64,000 nucleotides of DNA. Source: a virus. The translations under genes were made by a program, and so were the position numbers. This document shows positions 28,691 through 38,602 of the stretch, one piece after another. Every line of letters starts with the position of its first letter. Position 1 is the first letter of the stretch. The stretch is taken from the IMG/VR virus record IMGVR_UViG_3300011269_000001; one strand, given 5' to 3'. Below the pieces are notes generated by a model. The model had not been told where the DNA came from. It was given only the letters and a program-made list of their open reading frames with translations, and searched no databases.

Positions 28691-29809
28691 CTATTCTACA
28701 GGATTGGGCTTCGAAGACAGGGTACCTTCGAGGTCACGGCGCTTCAGTTCCCGGAGAAGAGCTTCCCGGAGTTCTTTCTTTTCTTCAATGGCTGAGAGAA
28801 TAGCTGCCTTGCTCCGGTACGTTTCATCTCCGAACTTATATGTTAGCTGATTCGGACGTTCGAGGATTCCGTGATTCACAGCCAAGGCAAAGACTTCCTC
28901 ATGAGTGTTGATGATGCCTAGGTTATCGTGGAACATGAATTCCCCGACCCGGCCTTTCGGACCAAAACTGCTGTCGAGCATCTTGACTCGGCACTTGTGA
29001 GCAAACTTCTCGGACTTGCCCATCATGTCCTTATGTTCTGTGTCTTCGAGCTTTTCCTCCAGGGCTGTCGTACGACCTTTTTCAGTGTTGTTGGCACCAA
29101 CGTAGACGTAGTACTCGGCGTAATGTTGTGGGGCGAAGCTCAATGCCGGACGAACAGAATCTTGGTAGTCCCAACTTGAGTCTTCAAATTTCTGATATCC
29201 TCCGACTTGCTGCTGGGCACGAATCTGGCAGGTGAAAATGAGCCCGAAGCCGTAATCGCGTTGCACGTCCAGAATCCGGCTCAGACCTTCCTGAATAGTT
29301 AGGGCAGAATCGCCGCGGTTCTGCGTTTCAATCGTATCGGTGTTCAAACTCCGTCGACCACGAACGTTATTGAGACTGTCAATGACGAGAAGTTTCAAAT
29401 TCATTCCCTGCTCAATCAACGGCGGGAACTCATTCTCAACACGGTCAAAAATTTGGGCCGGGTCTCGGGTCTGGTAGACCACGTATCGGTCGTTGTCAAT
29501 ACCCCAGGCCTTTTCCTGAAGCGGAGTCATCTGACCTTCCTCGCGGCGTTCTGTGTCGAACTTGGCGGCAAAGGCTGTCGGGTCGTTCTTGAGCAGCTGG
29601 CCAATCATGGCGTTGCAGATAACGGTTTTACCGCCTCGGGGTGGACCCATGAGCATCATCGTGAAGCCTATAGGCAGCCCCCATCCTTTGCCGAAAATGT
29701 AATTCAAGCTTGGACTCGGGGTCTCAAGCACATTGGCGTGGACGTTTCTTTTTTCCTTTATCGCCCCCTTGAACGAGAGCAATTTCTGCATGAAGTCAAC
29801 TTTGGCCAT
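28691..29809 (-). CDS. RecA/UvsX-like recombinase
   Basis: TPSPSLNYIFG..GLP, GPPRGGKT, FDTE and VIDSL. Confidence 0.88.
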   Translation of the reverse strand: MAKVDFMQKLLSFKGAIKEKRNVHANVLETPSPSLNYIFGKGWGLPIGFTMMLMGPPRGGKTVICNAMIGQLLKNDPTAFAAKFDTERREEGQMTPLQEKAWGIDNDRYVVYQTRDPAQIFDRVENEFPPLIEQGMNLKLLVIDSLNNVRGRRSLNTDTIETQNRGDSALTIQEGLSRILDVQRDYGFGLIFTCQIRAQQQVGGYQKFEDSSWDYQDSVRPALSFAPQHYAEYYVYVGANNTEKGRTTALEEKLEDTEHKDMMGKSEKFAHKCRVKMLDSSFGPKGRVGEFMFHDNLGIINTHEEVFALAVNHGILERPNQLTYKFGDETYRSKAAILSAIEEKKELREALLRELKRRDLEGTLSSKPNPVE

Positions 29810-30335
29810 GTGATTCTCCAGTTGGCACTACCAAGTTTGGGTTCGCACGCCGGATGAAATTATCTGGGAGGATTCTCTTCACGGCAGTATACGCCTTTTC
29901 GATTGCATCCTTCTTCCCGTTGAAGAGACTCAGATAGCATTTCAGGTTGATGACAAGCTCAGTTATCTGTTTGTACCTAGGGTCGAGGGCCACGACGGCT
30001 TCACGTTGGTCTACGCTGCCGCTGGGGTTCTTTTCACTGACGAGGTTCTTCTCTCGGAGAATGCGCGGAGCATCATTGAGAACAATGAGACCTTTGACCT
30101 CACTCTGCTGCTCCTCGGCTATCGCGTGCTCGTATTCTAGCAGGGAGATATACTTTCGCAGGTCCAAGTACGCCTTATTAAAAGTCTTCAGAAGTTCCGG
30201 GGCTCGAACTGCGTTGACGATTGCTACTTCGTCGATTCTCTGCTCCGCCCTGTAGATTTCAAACATCTCAAAGACCAAGGGTTCGAGCCCGTGGAGAGCG
30301 CGAGGTACTCTGATGACGCAGATTTCAGTGGCCAT
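29796..30335 (-). CDS. UvsY-like recombination mediator (putative)
   Basis: All-helical with 'QREAVVALDPRY...L' pattern. Lies between SSB and recombinase. Confidence 0.5.
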   Translation of the reverse strand: MATEICVIRVPRALHGLEPLVFEMFEIYRAEQRIDEVAIVNAVRAPELLKTFNKAYLDLRKYISLLEYEHAIAEEQQSEVKGLIVLNDAPRILREKNLVSEKNPSGSVDQREAVVALDPRYKQITELVINLKCYLSLFNGKKDAIEKAYTAVKRILPDNFIRRANPNLVVPTGESHGQS

Positions 30336-30366
30336 TAAGTATAATACCTGGTCGAGAAATGAAGAA

Positions 30367-30392
30367 AGGGCCAGATATATACACCTGGCCCT
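30367..30392 (-). terminator. Rho-independent terminator after the SSB gene
   Basis: 8-bp stem AGGGCCAG/CTGGCCCT followed by TTCTTCATTT on the minus strand. Confidence 0.55.
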
Positions 30393-30403
30393 CACCCCTC
30401 TCC

Positions 30404-31576
30404 CTACGGTTTCTTGTTCGGGTCCGGGAACAACTTGAGGAATTCTGAAGTGCTCATTCTCAGGGCGTCTGCCATCGCCGGTACCGCGCCTGAAGCCACG
30501 GTCGGTGTTTCAACCTTAGCTTCAGTCTTGGCGGGTTGCTGCGTTGTCTTTGTTTTAGCCGCTTTCTGAGCGAGTGCTTGGTTTAGACTCTCCTGAAGCT
30601 TAATGATGACATCATCCTCGGGGTCAGCGACCGGAACCTCAGGGGTCTTAGTCTCGACCTTCGTTGCAGTTGCGGTCTCAGCCGGGGGCGTGGACTTGGT
30701 CTCGGTTCTTTCCTCGGACCTGGACTCAGCCTTGCTCTCACCTTCGGGCATCGTTGAGTTGAAGATGGCTTCGACAACTTCCTGGGCGCCACCAGACTCC
30801 ACGAGCTGTTTGATTTGCTCATAGGTGACGCGCTTGTTGTCGTTCAGCGTTGCCAGGTCCGGGACATCGCGGTCAATGGCAGCCGCATCCTCGGCAGTGA
30901 GCGGGGCTTCTTTGATGGTCGAGTAGGACTTGCCGTTGATAATCTCGCTGACCATGACCACTTCAACCGAGTACCGGGTCTGGATTCTCTTCCCGGTACG
31001 GCCGAAGTTGAACCACACTCCCCTGGCCGGGTCAAGCGGGTCGATTCCTTCAGCCTGGAGCTTGGAAATCTTGTCGTCGAGGGCTTGCTTCAACTTGTGA
31101 GGAAGGTGGAGAATGCCCCACTCGTTCTTCTCGTTCTTGGCAATGATATGCCACTTGCCGTCGTTGTTGTGCTGCTTAATCCAGGTAAGAAGGGGACCCA
31201 GGCCGGCATCAGCTGCTTCTTCCGAAGCGCCACCTGCTATAGCCCTCTTTTTTAGCTGCTCATACTCATCGCGTTTGACTTCGATGAGGTCGCACTCGGG
31301 GCAGTCTTGGGTGACCATCTTGGTGCGGTAGTTTTCCTTGTAGATACACTCAAAGGTTCTGGGCTGAGGCTTGCCGTCGGCGTTGTCTTTGGGTTGAATG
31401 TAATAGCCCCAGTGATTCCGATAGAAGCGAGCCCATTCGCCTTTAGCGGCCAGAGACTTGACCGGTGGTGAAGGGCGGTAGATATTCGGCTTGTCTTCCT
31501 CTACGTAGAAGTTTTTCCAGCCGGACCGATTGCCATATTTGGGCTTTCCGAAGAAGGGTACAGTTTCAGTTGACAT
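30404..31576 (-). CDS. Single-stranded DNA-binding protein (gp32-like)
   Basis: H...C...CPEC Zn site, 'DPLDPARGVWFNFGRTG...TRYSV', and a low-complexity tail. Replication-cluster position. Confidence 0.75.
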   Translation of the reverse strand: MSTETVPFFGKPKYGNRSGWKNFYVEEDKPNIYRPSPPVKSLAAKGEWARFYRNHWGYYIQPKDNADGKPQPRTFECIYKENYRTKMVTQDCPECDLIEVKRDEYEQLKKRAIAGGASEEAADAGLGPLLTWIKQHNNDGKWHIIAKNEKNEWGILHLPHKLKQALDDKISKLQAEGIDPLDPARGVWFNFGRTGKRIQTRYSVEVVMVSEIINGKSYSTIKEAPLTAEDAAAIDRDVPDLATLNDNKRVTYEQIKQLVESGGAQEVVEAIFNSTMPEGESKAESRSEERTETKSTPPAETATATKVETKTPEVPVADPEDDVIIKLQESLNQALAQKAAKTKTTQQPAKTEAKVETPTVASGAVPAMADALRMSTSEFLKLFPDPNKKP

Positions 31577-31615
31577 TCGAGTATTCCTTTGTGACTTGGC
31601 GTTTGGTTTGGGTTG

Positions 31616-32359
31616 TTAGTTGACGGTGTGGTTGGCGCGGTTTTCTTTGAGTGTTTTTTGGATGGTGGTGAAGGTGGCGATGACGAGTTCTTTGCTGGGT
31701 TGGTCAATTGTAGTGTCCACTCTGACAAAGCGACCGCTCAGGAACTGTCTTCCAAGACGTTCTACTTCCTCTGGTTGAGCGTTCAAGACCACGACCGGAA
31801 CAACGACGCCGGTGGACTCATTGAAAACTGCTGAGTCGAAAGCTTGCTTCTCCATGTAGAGGACGTTGAGGGTCGGATTGGTGGTTTCCACGAACTTTTT
31901 TAGGAAGGTCACCAGTGCTCGGCTGGTGGGGACGATTTGAGATTCAACTCCTCTCGGAACGTCGACATCCCGGAGGTTTAGCTCGGTGCCAATTTCCCGG
32001 AGCTGCTGCAGGAGGACCAGAAGTTGTTGAGTTCCAAATTGGTGAGTGAAACCGATAGTTGGCTCAATCGCTGCCGCGAAGCGCTGATAGAGAGCCTCGG
32101 CATCTACGGTCAGGGATTCGCCTTCGCCGTTGGCAATTTTAGCAAATTCAATACTGCCGGGACCGGTCACGAAAATACCAAAAGCCGCTTTCCGGAGGAG
32201 TTCAGTGTACCGGGATGCAAGACTTTCCAGTCGTTGTTCAGCGGTTCTCTTGGCTGCTTCACGGCCCGGACGAACCTTGAAGCTTACCACGGAGATGTCT
32301 TCGGTGGCGATTCTCTTTGTTTCTTGATACTCTTTCATCAGCGTGCTTAGTGTTTCCAT
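31616..32359 (-). CDS. Hypothetical protein, possibly a degenerate P-loop kinase fold
   Basis: GIFVTGPGS strand-loop without GKT. Confidence 0.5.
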   Translation of the reverse strand: METLSTLMKEYQETKRIATEDISVVSFKVRPGREAAKRTAEQRLESLASRYTELLRKAAFGIFVTGPGSIEFAKIANGEGESLTVDAEALYQRFAAAIEPTIGFTHQFGTQQLLVLLQQLREIGTELNLRDVDVPRGVESQIVPTSRALVTFLKKFVETTNPTLNVLYMEKQAFDSAVFNESTGVVVPVVVLNAQPEEVERLGRQFLSGRFVRVDTTIDQPSKELVIATFTTIQKTLKENRANHTVN

Positions 32360-35300
32360 TTACTTGCTCTCCTCATCGAGCTTCTTCGGCAGTGGTGGTT
32401 GAATCACTTCGACTCCGTCTATGTAGAACGGTCCTTCATCCCGTGAGCGGTATAATACCACAATCGCAATACTTCCTGCTATTGATGTCGCGGGAAGATT
32501 TTCTATTTCGCCAGTTTTTCTGCTCGGCCACATCACGGTTGTGAGTCGGTGGCCGTCAATGTCCAGAGTGATTTCGGCCCGGGTGCATTTCTTGTTGTCT
32601 GTCTTCCTAAAATAATCTTTGCGCTCATCATTGAGAATGTACGCGCAGACCCCGACGGCGATACCACCTTCTGGGACGGGCACAATTTCAGAAAGTCGGT
32701 TCAGGCCGTTATTGCCGACGATTCTATATTTTTGGTCCCGGTACTCGTAGGTCCAGATACCCTTGATTTCTTCCGTGAAACCTTTGGACTTGAGGGAAAG
32801 AATAGAACCAAAGAGTTCAGAAGAGAAGGATGGCGAAACTTTCTTGCAGAGTTGGTATCGGATGAGCGGGGTAGTATTCTGATACAAAGGATTGACGGGC
32901 TTGGCGTTCTTCTTACTTTCGGCTCGGGCCAGAGCAGCTTCGAGGAGCATGAACTTCTCCTCAAAGAGGATATCGGGAGCGAAAAGGCTATCTAGGGAGC
33001 CACTGGCGACGAGCGGGTAAAGATTCCCGCGGTGCAAGCTACTGTGGCCTTTCTTTTCCTTTCCGGTTTCCGCGTCGACGGTCTTGTTGTCTTCCTTGTG
33101 CTTCTTTATTTTTTGGCAGAGGTCTTCGATGTTTGCGTACGGCTTCCCGGCCATCAGCTGCTTGTGAGCGTTTTCCCCGATGCCGTTCAAGAATGACAGC
33201 GGAGCATTGATTTTGTCACCGCGAATCTCGAAGACCTCGCTACTGACATTGATGTCCGGGATGGTTATCAGGTGGCCGCAGTACCGCCAGAACTTGGTGT
33301 CGATTTCATCTTTATCTGCGTGCCGGAGCACAGCAGTCCACCACTCCAGAGGATAATAGTGCTTCAGCCAGGCACAGGCATAGCCGATGGTGACGTAGCA
33401 CATGCTGTGGCTTTTATTGAATCCGTACTGGCCAAAGGTTTCCATACTGTTCCAGAGCTGTTCAGCGGCTTCTTTGCCGATGGTTTCTACAGCCCCGCGC
33501 ATGAATATTGCCCGGTCCTTGATGACGTTAGACATCTGCTTTTTGCTGATGTGGATTCGGAAGTTATTGGCCTCGATTGCCGTGGCCTTGCCAACTTCCT
33601 GGAAGACTTGCTGCAGCTGCTCCTGGTAGACGATGACACCGTAGGTCTCAGGAAATAACCGGTCCAAAATCGGGAAGGAGCCAATTTTGGCTTTATTCTT
33701 GGCTCGGTTGGCAAATTCCACGAGCATGTTGTGTTTCTTGCCTGTCACTGGGTCTTCGACTGGATAGTCCAGAGGTCCCGGACGGTCGAGAGCCGTGAAG
33801 GCGCTCAAGTCTTCAATGCTGTCCAGACCCTTATGTACTTCTCCGTTCTCCACGAAGCTGACCTCGTTGAAGTTACTCAACAGCTGCCGGGCGCCTGGGG
33901 TGTTGAACTGAAAAACTGATTCTGTCTTACTCTCGCACATGTCGTTGAAGACGGCTTGGTCCTCAGGAAGCTTCCAGATATCGTAGAATTCACCGCGGTG
34001 CGGTATCACGCGGATGATAGGCACTCGGCGGTTCTTGATTTCGATACTGGGAAGCTCGTACTTGGGGTTGAGTTTGATTTCTACTCCGCTCCGGGCCTGG
34101 ACGAGCTTGATACAGACGGCAATGTCCTTCAAGCTATTCAGATTCAAGAAGTCAACTTTCAGGGCGCCCATAGCCTCAACGCTGGTGGCCGTGAACTGAG
34201 TCACCCGGGTCTTGTCGATGGTGGTCAGTGGGATGAAGTTGGCGATGGGTTCGTTGCTGATAATGAATCCGCAGGCGTGGCGACCCTTCTGCCTTACCAG
34301 ACCAAGACAACGCTTGATGATTTCCCATTCCTTCGGATAGTTCTGGACAAAATATTGTAGCATGCCATCCTTCTCAATGACTCCCGGTGTCCAGGTCCCG
34401 TCACCGCTTTTGTACCCGAAGACAAAATCATGGTCCGTGATGCCCTGTGGCGGGTCCGGGAGGTCACCGCAGATGGCTTCGATGGTCGGGTCCACGCGAC
34501 CGTATAGGGCCCGGAAGACGTCCTTGATGCTGGACTTGAGCTTCATCGTCGTGTCGGTGCTGATTTGCGCGTAGCAATCCCCAAAACGGTCTCGGAGCCA
34601 GCCTTTGGTCGGGTCTTCTGGGTCCACGAGGATGTCACGGGACGGCAGGTCCTGGTCAATGTCCGGGAACTTACCACTCTGAATACGGTCAAGGGTCAGG
34701 AACCGGTCTCGGCTGAGCCCACGCTCCAGGGGGTCGACGTGGGTGATGTCTAGGACATAAGCCAGAAGCATGCCGGCGGCGCTACCTCGACCCGGTCCAG
34801 CGAGTTCCCCGCGCTTTTCATATTCCCAGTCAATTTCTTCGAGGATGAAAAAGTACGTGAGTAAGTCAATAGTGCCGTTGTAGTGTAGGAGGTCAATCTC
34901 GGACTTCAGGCGGTCGAAGTACTCGGGCTTGTGCCAATCCATGCGGCCGTGTTTTCGAACCAGTTCGATGGTATGTTCAAGGGTATTCGAGGGGTAGAAC
35001 TTAGTCGGGAGAGTGATTCTCGGAGAGAACTTAAAATCCTTGAAGCGACCGGACCAGGCCCAGTTATTCTCTATCCAGTATTCAAAGGTACTCTGGTCGA
35101 CCTTCATCACGTCCCGGAAATAATTCCAGGCCTGGTCGCTGGAGACTCGATGATGCACGTTCGAGAAACGCCAAGCGCCACCGCCTTGTTGAAGGCGAAT
35201 ATCTTGGACAATCTTCTCTTCGGGATTCGCAAAATGCGCATCGTCGCTGATGAGAACCGGGTCACCGTAACGCTGAGCCAATTCAAGCACGAATCTGTTG

Positions 35301-36226
35301 TGCCCTAACTGAAGGTCGCCGTCCGGAGCCCAGGCTCGACATTCATTTTTCAAAAAGCCTTGGCGAATCTCTATCAATTTAATTTCTTTTGGAGGATTCA
35401 GTTCCTGCCATTTGCGGTCTTCCATGATGGCAACCAGCCGATTGTGTTCCAACCTGAACCGCGCCGGGTTATCCACGAAGAGTCGAGCTAGCTTGCCGGC
35501 TTTGATGCCATGCTTCGCATCGCCTTTATGCTTGTCCGTCCGAAAATTCTTCCAATCCGGGAATCTTTGCGTCGTGTCATCCTCGAAAGTGACGAATACA
35601 GCACTGTCGTAAAAGGTATCGCAGACATGAGGGAATACTTCGACGTAGAAATTGCCGGGCTTCACCGATGCTCGAAGGCGTTCGTAGTACTTGATGGCTG
35701 TCTGGAAATCGTTCCGGGCCATCATGTGTCGGTTGACCATACCGATGAGACAGCTACTGGTCATGGTGATGTTTTTGCTTCCCAGCTCTTCGATGTCGCG
35801 CCAGTTGAACAGCGGCTTCTTTTCTTTGCCGTGACGTTCAGCCCTGAAATCAGCAGCGCTCAGAATCCGAGAGCAGGTGCTATAGGCTTCCTCGTCAAGG
35901 AGGTGCATGGTAATATGGCCGTACTTGAAATCTTCGTCCAGGAATTTGCCATCCTTGTCTTTCTGCAAGCCCTTCTCAAGCAAAATAGGACAGTCATCGT
36001 CTCGGAAGTATCCCTCCAGACCCAGGATGGGAGTCAACTTGCCGCGGTACTCCTTGCTGTGGGCCAGGTCATAGACCTTTCGGACAACAGAGAGGGAGCC
36101 GTGGTCAGTGACGGTGATGGCGCCGGTGCCCAATTCAACTTCCTTCTTGGCGAAAGCCTCTGCATTCGAAGCAGAGTCGAAGGAATCAATATGGACGTGG
36201 GGGCTTGGATAGCCGGGGAAACTCAT
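32360..36226 (-). CDS. dnaE: DNA polymerase III alpha subunit (family C, DnaE-like)
   Basis: PHP motifs (HVHIDS, VTDHG, SDDAH), GPGRGSAAG, PDIDQD, GRHACG, KVDFL, YQEQ and FNKSH. Confidence 0.95.
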   Translation of the reverse strand: MSFPGYPSPHVHIDSFDSASNAEAFAKKEVELGTGAITVTDHGSLSVVRKVYDLAHSKEYRGKLTPILGLEGYFRDDDCPILLEKGLQKDKDGKFLDEDFKYGHITMHLLDEEAYSTCSRILSAADFRAERHGKEKKPLFNWRDIEELGSKNITMTSSCLIGMVNRHMMARNDFQTAIKYYERLRASVKPGNFYVEVFPHVCDTFYDSAVFVTFEDDTTQRFPDWKNFRTDKHKGDAKHGIKAGKLARLFVDNPARFRLEHNRLVAIMEDRKWQELNPPKEIKLIEIRQGFLKNECRAWAPDGDLQLGHNRFVLELAQRYGDPVLISDDAHFANPEEKIVQDIRLQQGGGAWRFSNVHHRVSSDQAWNYFRDVMKVDQSTFEYWIENNWAWSGRFKDFKFSPRITLPTKFYPSNTLEHTIELVRKHGRMDWHKPEYFDRLKSEIDLLHYNGTIDLLTYFFILEEIDWEYEKRGELAGPGRGSAAGMLLAYVLDITHVDPLERGLSRDRFLTLDRIQSGKFPDIDQDLPSRDILVDPEDPTKGWLRDRFGDCYAQISTDTTMKLKSSIKDVFRALYGRVDPTIEAICGDLPDPPQGITDHDFVFGYKSGDGTWTPGVIEKDGMLQYFVQNYPKEWEIIKRCLGLVRQKGRHACGFIISNEPIANFIPLTTIDKTRVTQFTATSVEAMGALKVDFLNLNSLKDIAVCIKLVQARSGVEIKLNPKYELPSIEIKNRRVPIIRVIPHRGEFYDIWKLPEDQAVFNDMCESKTESVFQFNTPGARQLLSNFNEVSFVENGEVHKGLDSIEDLSAFTALDRPGPLDYPVEDPVTGKKHNMLVEFANRAKNKAKIGSFPILDRLFPETYGVIVYQEQLQQVFQEVGKATAIEANNFRIHISKKQMSNVIKDRAIFMRGAVETIGKEAAEQLWNSMETFGQYGFNKSHSMCYVTIGYACAWLKHYYPLEWWTAVLRHADKDEIDTKFWRYCGHLITIPDINVSSEVFEIRGDKINAPLSFLNGIGENAHKQLMAGKPYANIEDLCQKIKKHKEDNKTVDAETGKEKKGHSSLHRGNLYPLVASGSLDSLFAPDILFEEKFMLLEAALARAESKKNAKPVNPLYQNTTPLIRYQLCKKVSPSFSSELFGSILSLKSKGFTEEIKGIWTYEYRDQKYRIVGNNGLNRLSEIVPVPEGGIAVGVCAYILNDERKDYFRKTDNKKCTRAEITLDIDGHRLTTVMWPSRKTGEIENLPATSIAGSIAIVVLYRSRDEGPFYIDGVEVIQPPLPKKLDEESK

Positions 36227-36231
36227 TCCGA

Positions 36232-36489
36232 TTAGTCTAACACGGATTGCTTCAATTTGAACGCGAGAGGTTCTTGACGACGAGGGAAAACATTCACGTA
36301 CTGGTCCGGCATCCAACCGTACATGGGAATATTGTTCTCAGTCACCGCCATCCATTTCTGTCCACAGTTGCTGCACTTCAGAAACAAGCCGCCGTCAGAG
36401 AAATTCAGAAAATCGTGATGACAGGGCTCTGGTGCTTTCTTCGGAAGAAGAGCCTTTAGGAGGTCGTTGATTTTACTTTTTGATTTCAT
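36232..36489 (-). CDS. Small Zn-ribbon protein
   Basis: CHH...CSNCG. Confidence 0.55.
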   Translation of the reverse strand: MKSKSKINDLLKALLPKKAPEPCHHDFLNFSDGGLFLKCSNCGQKWMAVTENNIPMYGWMPDQYVNVFPRRQEPLAFKLKQSVLD

Positions 36490-36716
36490 GGCAAATCCTC
36501 TTCCCGGACTTTCATCTTCCGACGCATTTTTCGGATGACTTTTTCGTACTGAGCCTCAACGTCTTCTTCAGTAATCAACAGTGCCTGAGCGATGACCCGA
36601 GACGGGGCACCGTCGGGGTAGCGTTCCAAGAGCTTGTTCAGGCTGTAGTCGAAGCGCTTGACGAAGATGAAGTCTGGGTCTGTTTCGATTCTGATGCGAG
36701 CTTCTTCCATCGTCAT
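36486..36716 (-). CDS. Stand-alone sigma70 region-4-like HTH protein
   Basis: LLERYPDGAPSRVIAQALLITEEDVEAQYEKVIRKMRRKM aligns by eye to sigma4 (L..RY..G.T..EIA..L.IT.E.V.Q...KA.RKLR). Confidence 0.6.
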   Translation of the reverse strand: MTMEEARIRIETDPDFIFVKRFDYSLNKLLERYPDGAPSRVIAQALLITEEDVEAQYEKVIRKMRRKMKVREEDLP

Positions 36717-37838
36717 TTAGAATCCAAAAAAGGGTTTGATGATTTTGTCCAGGGACTTGTCTTTGTCGGTGTGCTCGTCCACGTCAACGGTGAGTTTATG
36801 GCCGACGATATGACCCGGGACCGACTCCCAGATTTTCTGAGAGCAGGCGTTGTGGGTGATACCGATGCTCACGGCATAGGCATCAGGCGGCAGCAAGCAG
36901 CTGTTGGTCATGAAGATAACGCCGTTCGGGAGTTTTGTCTCGGAGTCTACGTGCACGTGGCCGCAGATAAAAAGCCGATGCCGTTTGTCCGGAGCAAGCT
37001 TGCCGTTAATTTCATTGACCTGCCGGCGAACCTTCTCTGTGTCGATGGACTTATTCGGATATCCGGGCGTCACCACCGTGTCGCCATGGGTTCCGAAACC
37101 GCTCATTCCGAAAGCGTCCCAGGTATAGAAAGGCATTAACGGGATGATGACTTCGACGTTGGGAATCTTCGCTGTCATCAGCGCGGTCTTGATGGAGAAG
37201 TAAATCATATTCTCCAGCGAATCCCACTTCTGATTGACGGCTCTGTCCTTGTGTCGGGCCGTATTTCGACCGTGATTGCCAGGGGTGCAAAACACGGTGA
37301 CTTTCTTGAACCGTCCACAGAGGTAAACGACGGCCTGCGTCAGGATGTGGACTGCACGGGAAAACTGTTCTGCCAGAGGAGCCCCATCCCGGGGGTCGTA
37401 GAGATGATTCTGGATGATGTCCCCGATGAGATGAATGAATAGTTGTGTCTCATCCCGATACTGGAGTTTCCATTCAGCCAGGGTCTGGACGATGAAAGCC
37501 ATTCGCCGTGACTCTTCGACGATGCCGTATTTGGTCGGAACTTCCCGCGGGTCCAGGTCTGAGCCAAAGTGTAGGTCAGACCAGATGCCGTTAAGGATTC
37601 GTTCCGTGGGAGTACGCCGGTCCTTCGCCTTGTACTGAGGGACGGCAATTTTGTCCTTGAAAATCTTCTCCAGTTTGTCTTCAATCTGAGACTGGAAAAG
37701 ATTGTTTTGTGCAGCCTGAAGGGTAACCTTCTTATTGACAAAACGCTGATTGACACCGAGGATGTCTTGCGCTTTGTCTTTAAGATAGGCTAAGACCTGC
37801 GCTTCTTGGAAGCGCGTTTCGTCAGCCTTTTTTGTCAT
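36717..37838 (-). CDS. Calcineurin-like metallophosphoesterase
   Basis: SDLHFG, IGDII, GNHG, THGD and GHVH. Confidence 0.88.
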   Translation of the reverse strand: MTKKADETRFQEAQVLAYLKDKAQDILGVNQRFVNKKVTLQAAQNNLFQSQIEDKLEKIFKDKIAVPQYKAKDRRTPTERILNGIWSDLHFGSDLDPREVPTKYGIVEESRRMAFIVQTLAEWKLQYRDETQLFIHLIGDIIQNHLYDPRDGAPLAEQFSRAVHILTQAVVYLCGRFKKVTVFCTPGNHGRNTARHKDRAVNQKWDSLENMIYFSIKTALMTAKIPNVEVIIPLMPFYTWDAFGMSGFGTHGDTVVTPGYPNKSIDTEKVRRQVNEINGKLAPDKRHRLFICGHVHVDSETKLPNGVIFMTNSCLLPPDAYAVSIGITHNACSQKIWESVPGHIVGHKLTVDVDEHTDKDKSLDKIIKPFFGF

Positions 37839-37841
37839 GGG

Positions 37842-38597
37842 TTACTGAGGCTGAGCAGGAGAAGGTTGCGTGGCCTCAGGCGTCGCTTCGGGAGCCGGCG
37901 GAGGAACAAGAGTCAAGCTTGGCTTGGCGGCTTCAGCTGCTGGAGCTGGAGTTGTCTCAGCGGTTGCTGGAGCTTCAGACGCCGGTGTCGCAGTAGCTTG
38001 GGCTTTTGCCTCGGCCTCGGCCTTTGCCTTGGCAAGAACTTCCTCTTGGGCTTTTGCCGCAGCCGCAGCCTCTTCCTTGGCAACTTCCTCAGAACGTTTC
38101 TCATCGACTTCGTAGATTTCGACAACCTCCCACTTACCACCAGGAGGAGTTTCGACCGTGAAGCCTATGCCCTGACCGAGCATCTTCTCGCCAATGGCTT
38201 TGTCGATTTGGCTAAAGCGGAGCTGCGAACGGCCTGGGAAGATAATCTCACCTTCCTTGGTGGTTTCTTTACCAATGAGGAGAGATTTGTCGGTGATTTT
38301 CTCCGAGACCACAAGAATGCCTTTGCCCTTAAGCGTTTCAATCTGGGCTACCTGGGCATCAGATTGTTCCTTCAGGCGATTGCGGCGAGTCTCGATGACC
38401 TGTTGCTGAACTTGCTCCATGCCAACGAGGACGACCACAGCGTCCAGCACCTCAGTAGCATTCATGACCTGGCTGTTGATGTTGCCCAGGCTCTGGTTGA
38501 CTGCGGTGATGATTTGCAATTGGCCTGCTTCAAGTGCATCCAGGCGCTCGATTGCGTTCTTGGTTCGTGCTCTCAGACTCGGATTTTCGTTTCCCAT
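37842..38597 (-). CDS. Coiled-coil protein with a possible GreA-C/FKBP-like domain and A/P/T-rich tail
   Basis: 'IGEKMLGQGIGFTVETPPGGKWEVVEI' resembles the GreA C-terminal 'IGRALLGKKVGD.VEVETPGG...EI..I'. Confidence 0.45.
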   Translation of the reverse strand: MGNENPSLRARTKNAIERLDALEAGQLQIITAVNQSLGNINSQVMNATEVLDAVVVLVGMEQVQQQVIETRRNRLKEQSDAQVAQIETLKGKGILVVSEKITDKSLLIGKETTKEGEIIFPGRSQLRFSQIDKAIGEKMLGQGIGFTVETPPGGKWEVVEIYEVDEKRSEEVAKEEAAAAAKAQEEVLAKAKAEAEAKAQATATPASEAPATAETTPAPAAEAAKPSLTLVPPPAPEATPEATQPSPAQPQ

Positions 38598-38602
38598 TTT
38601 TA

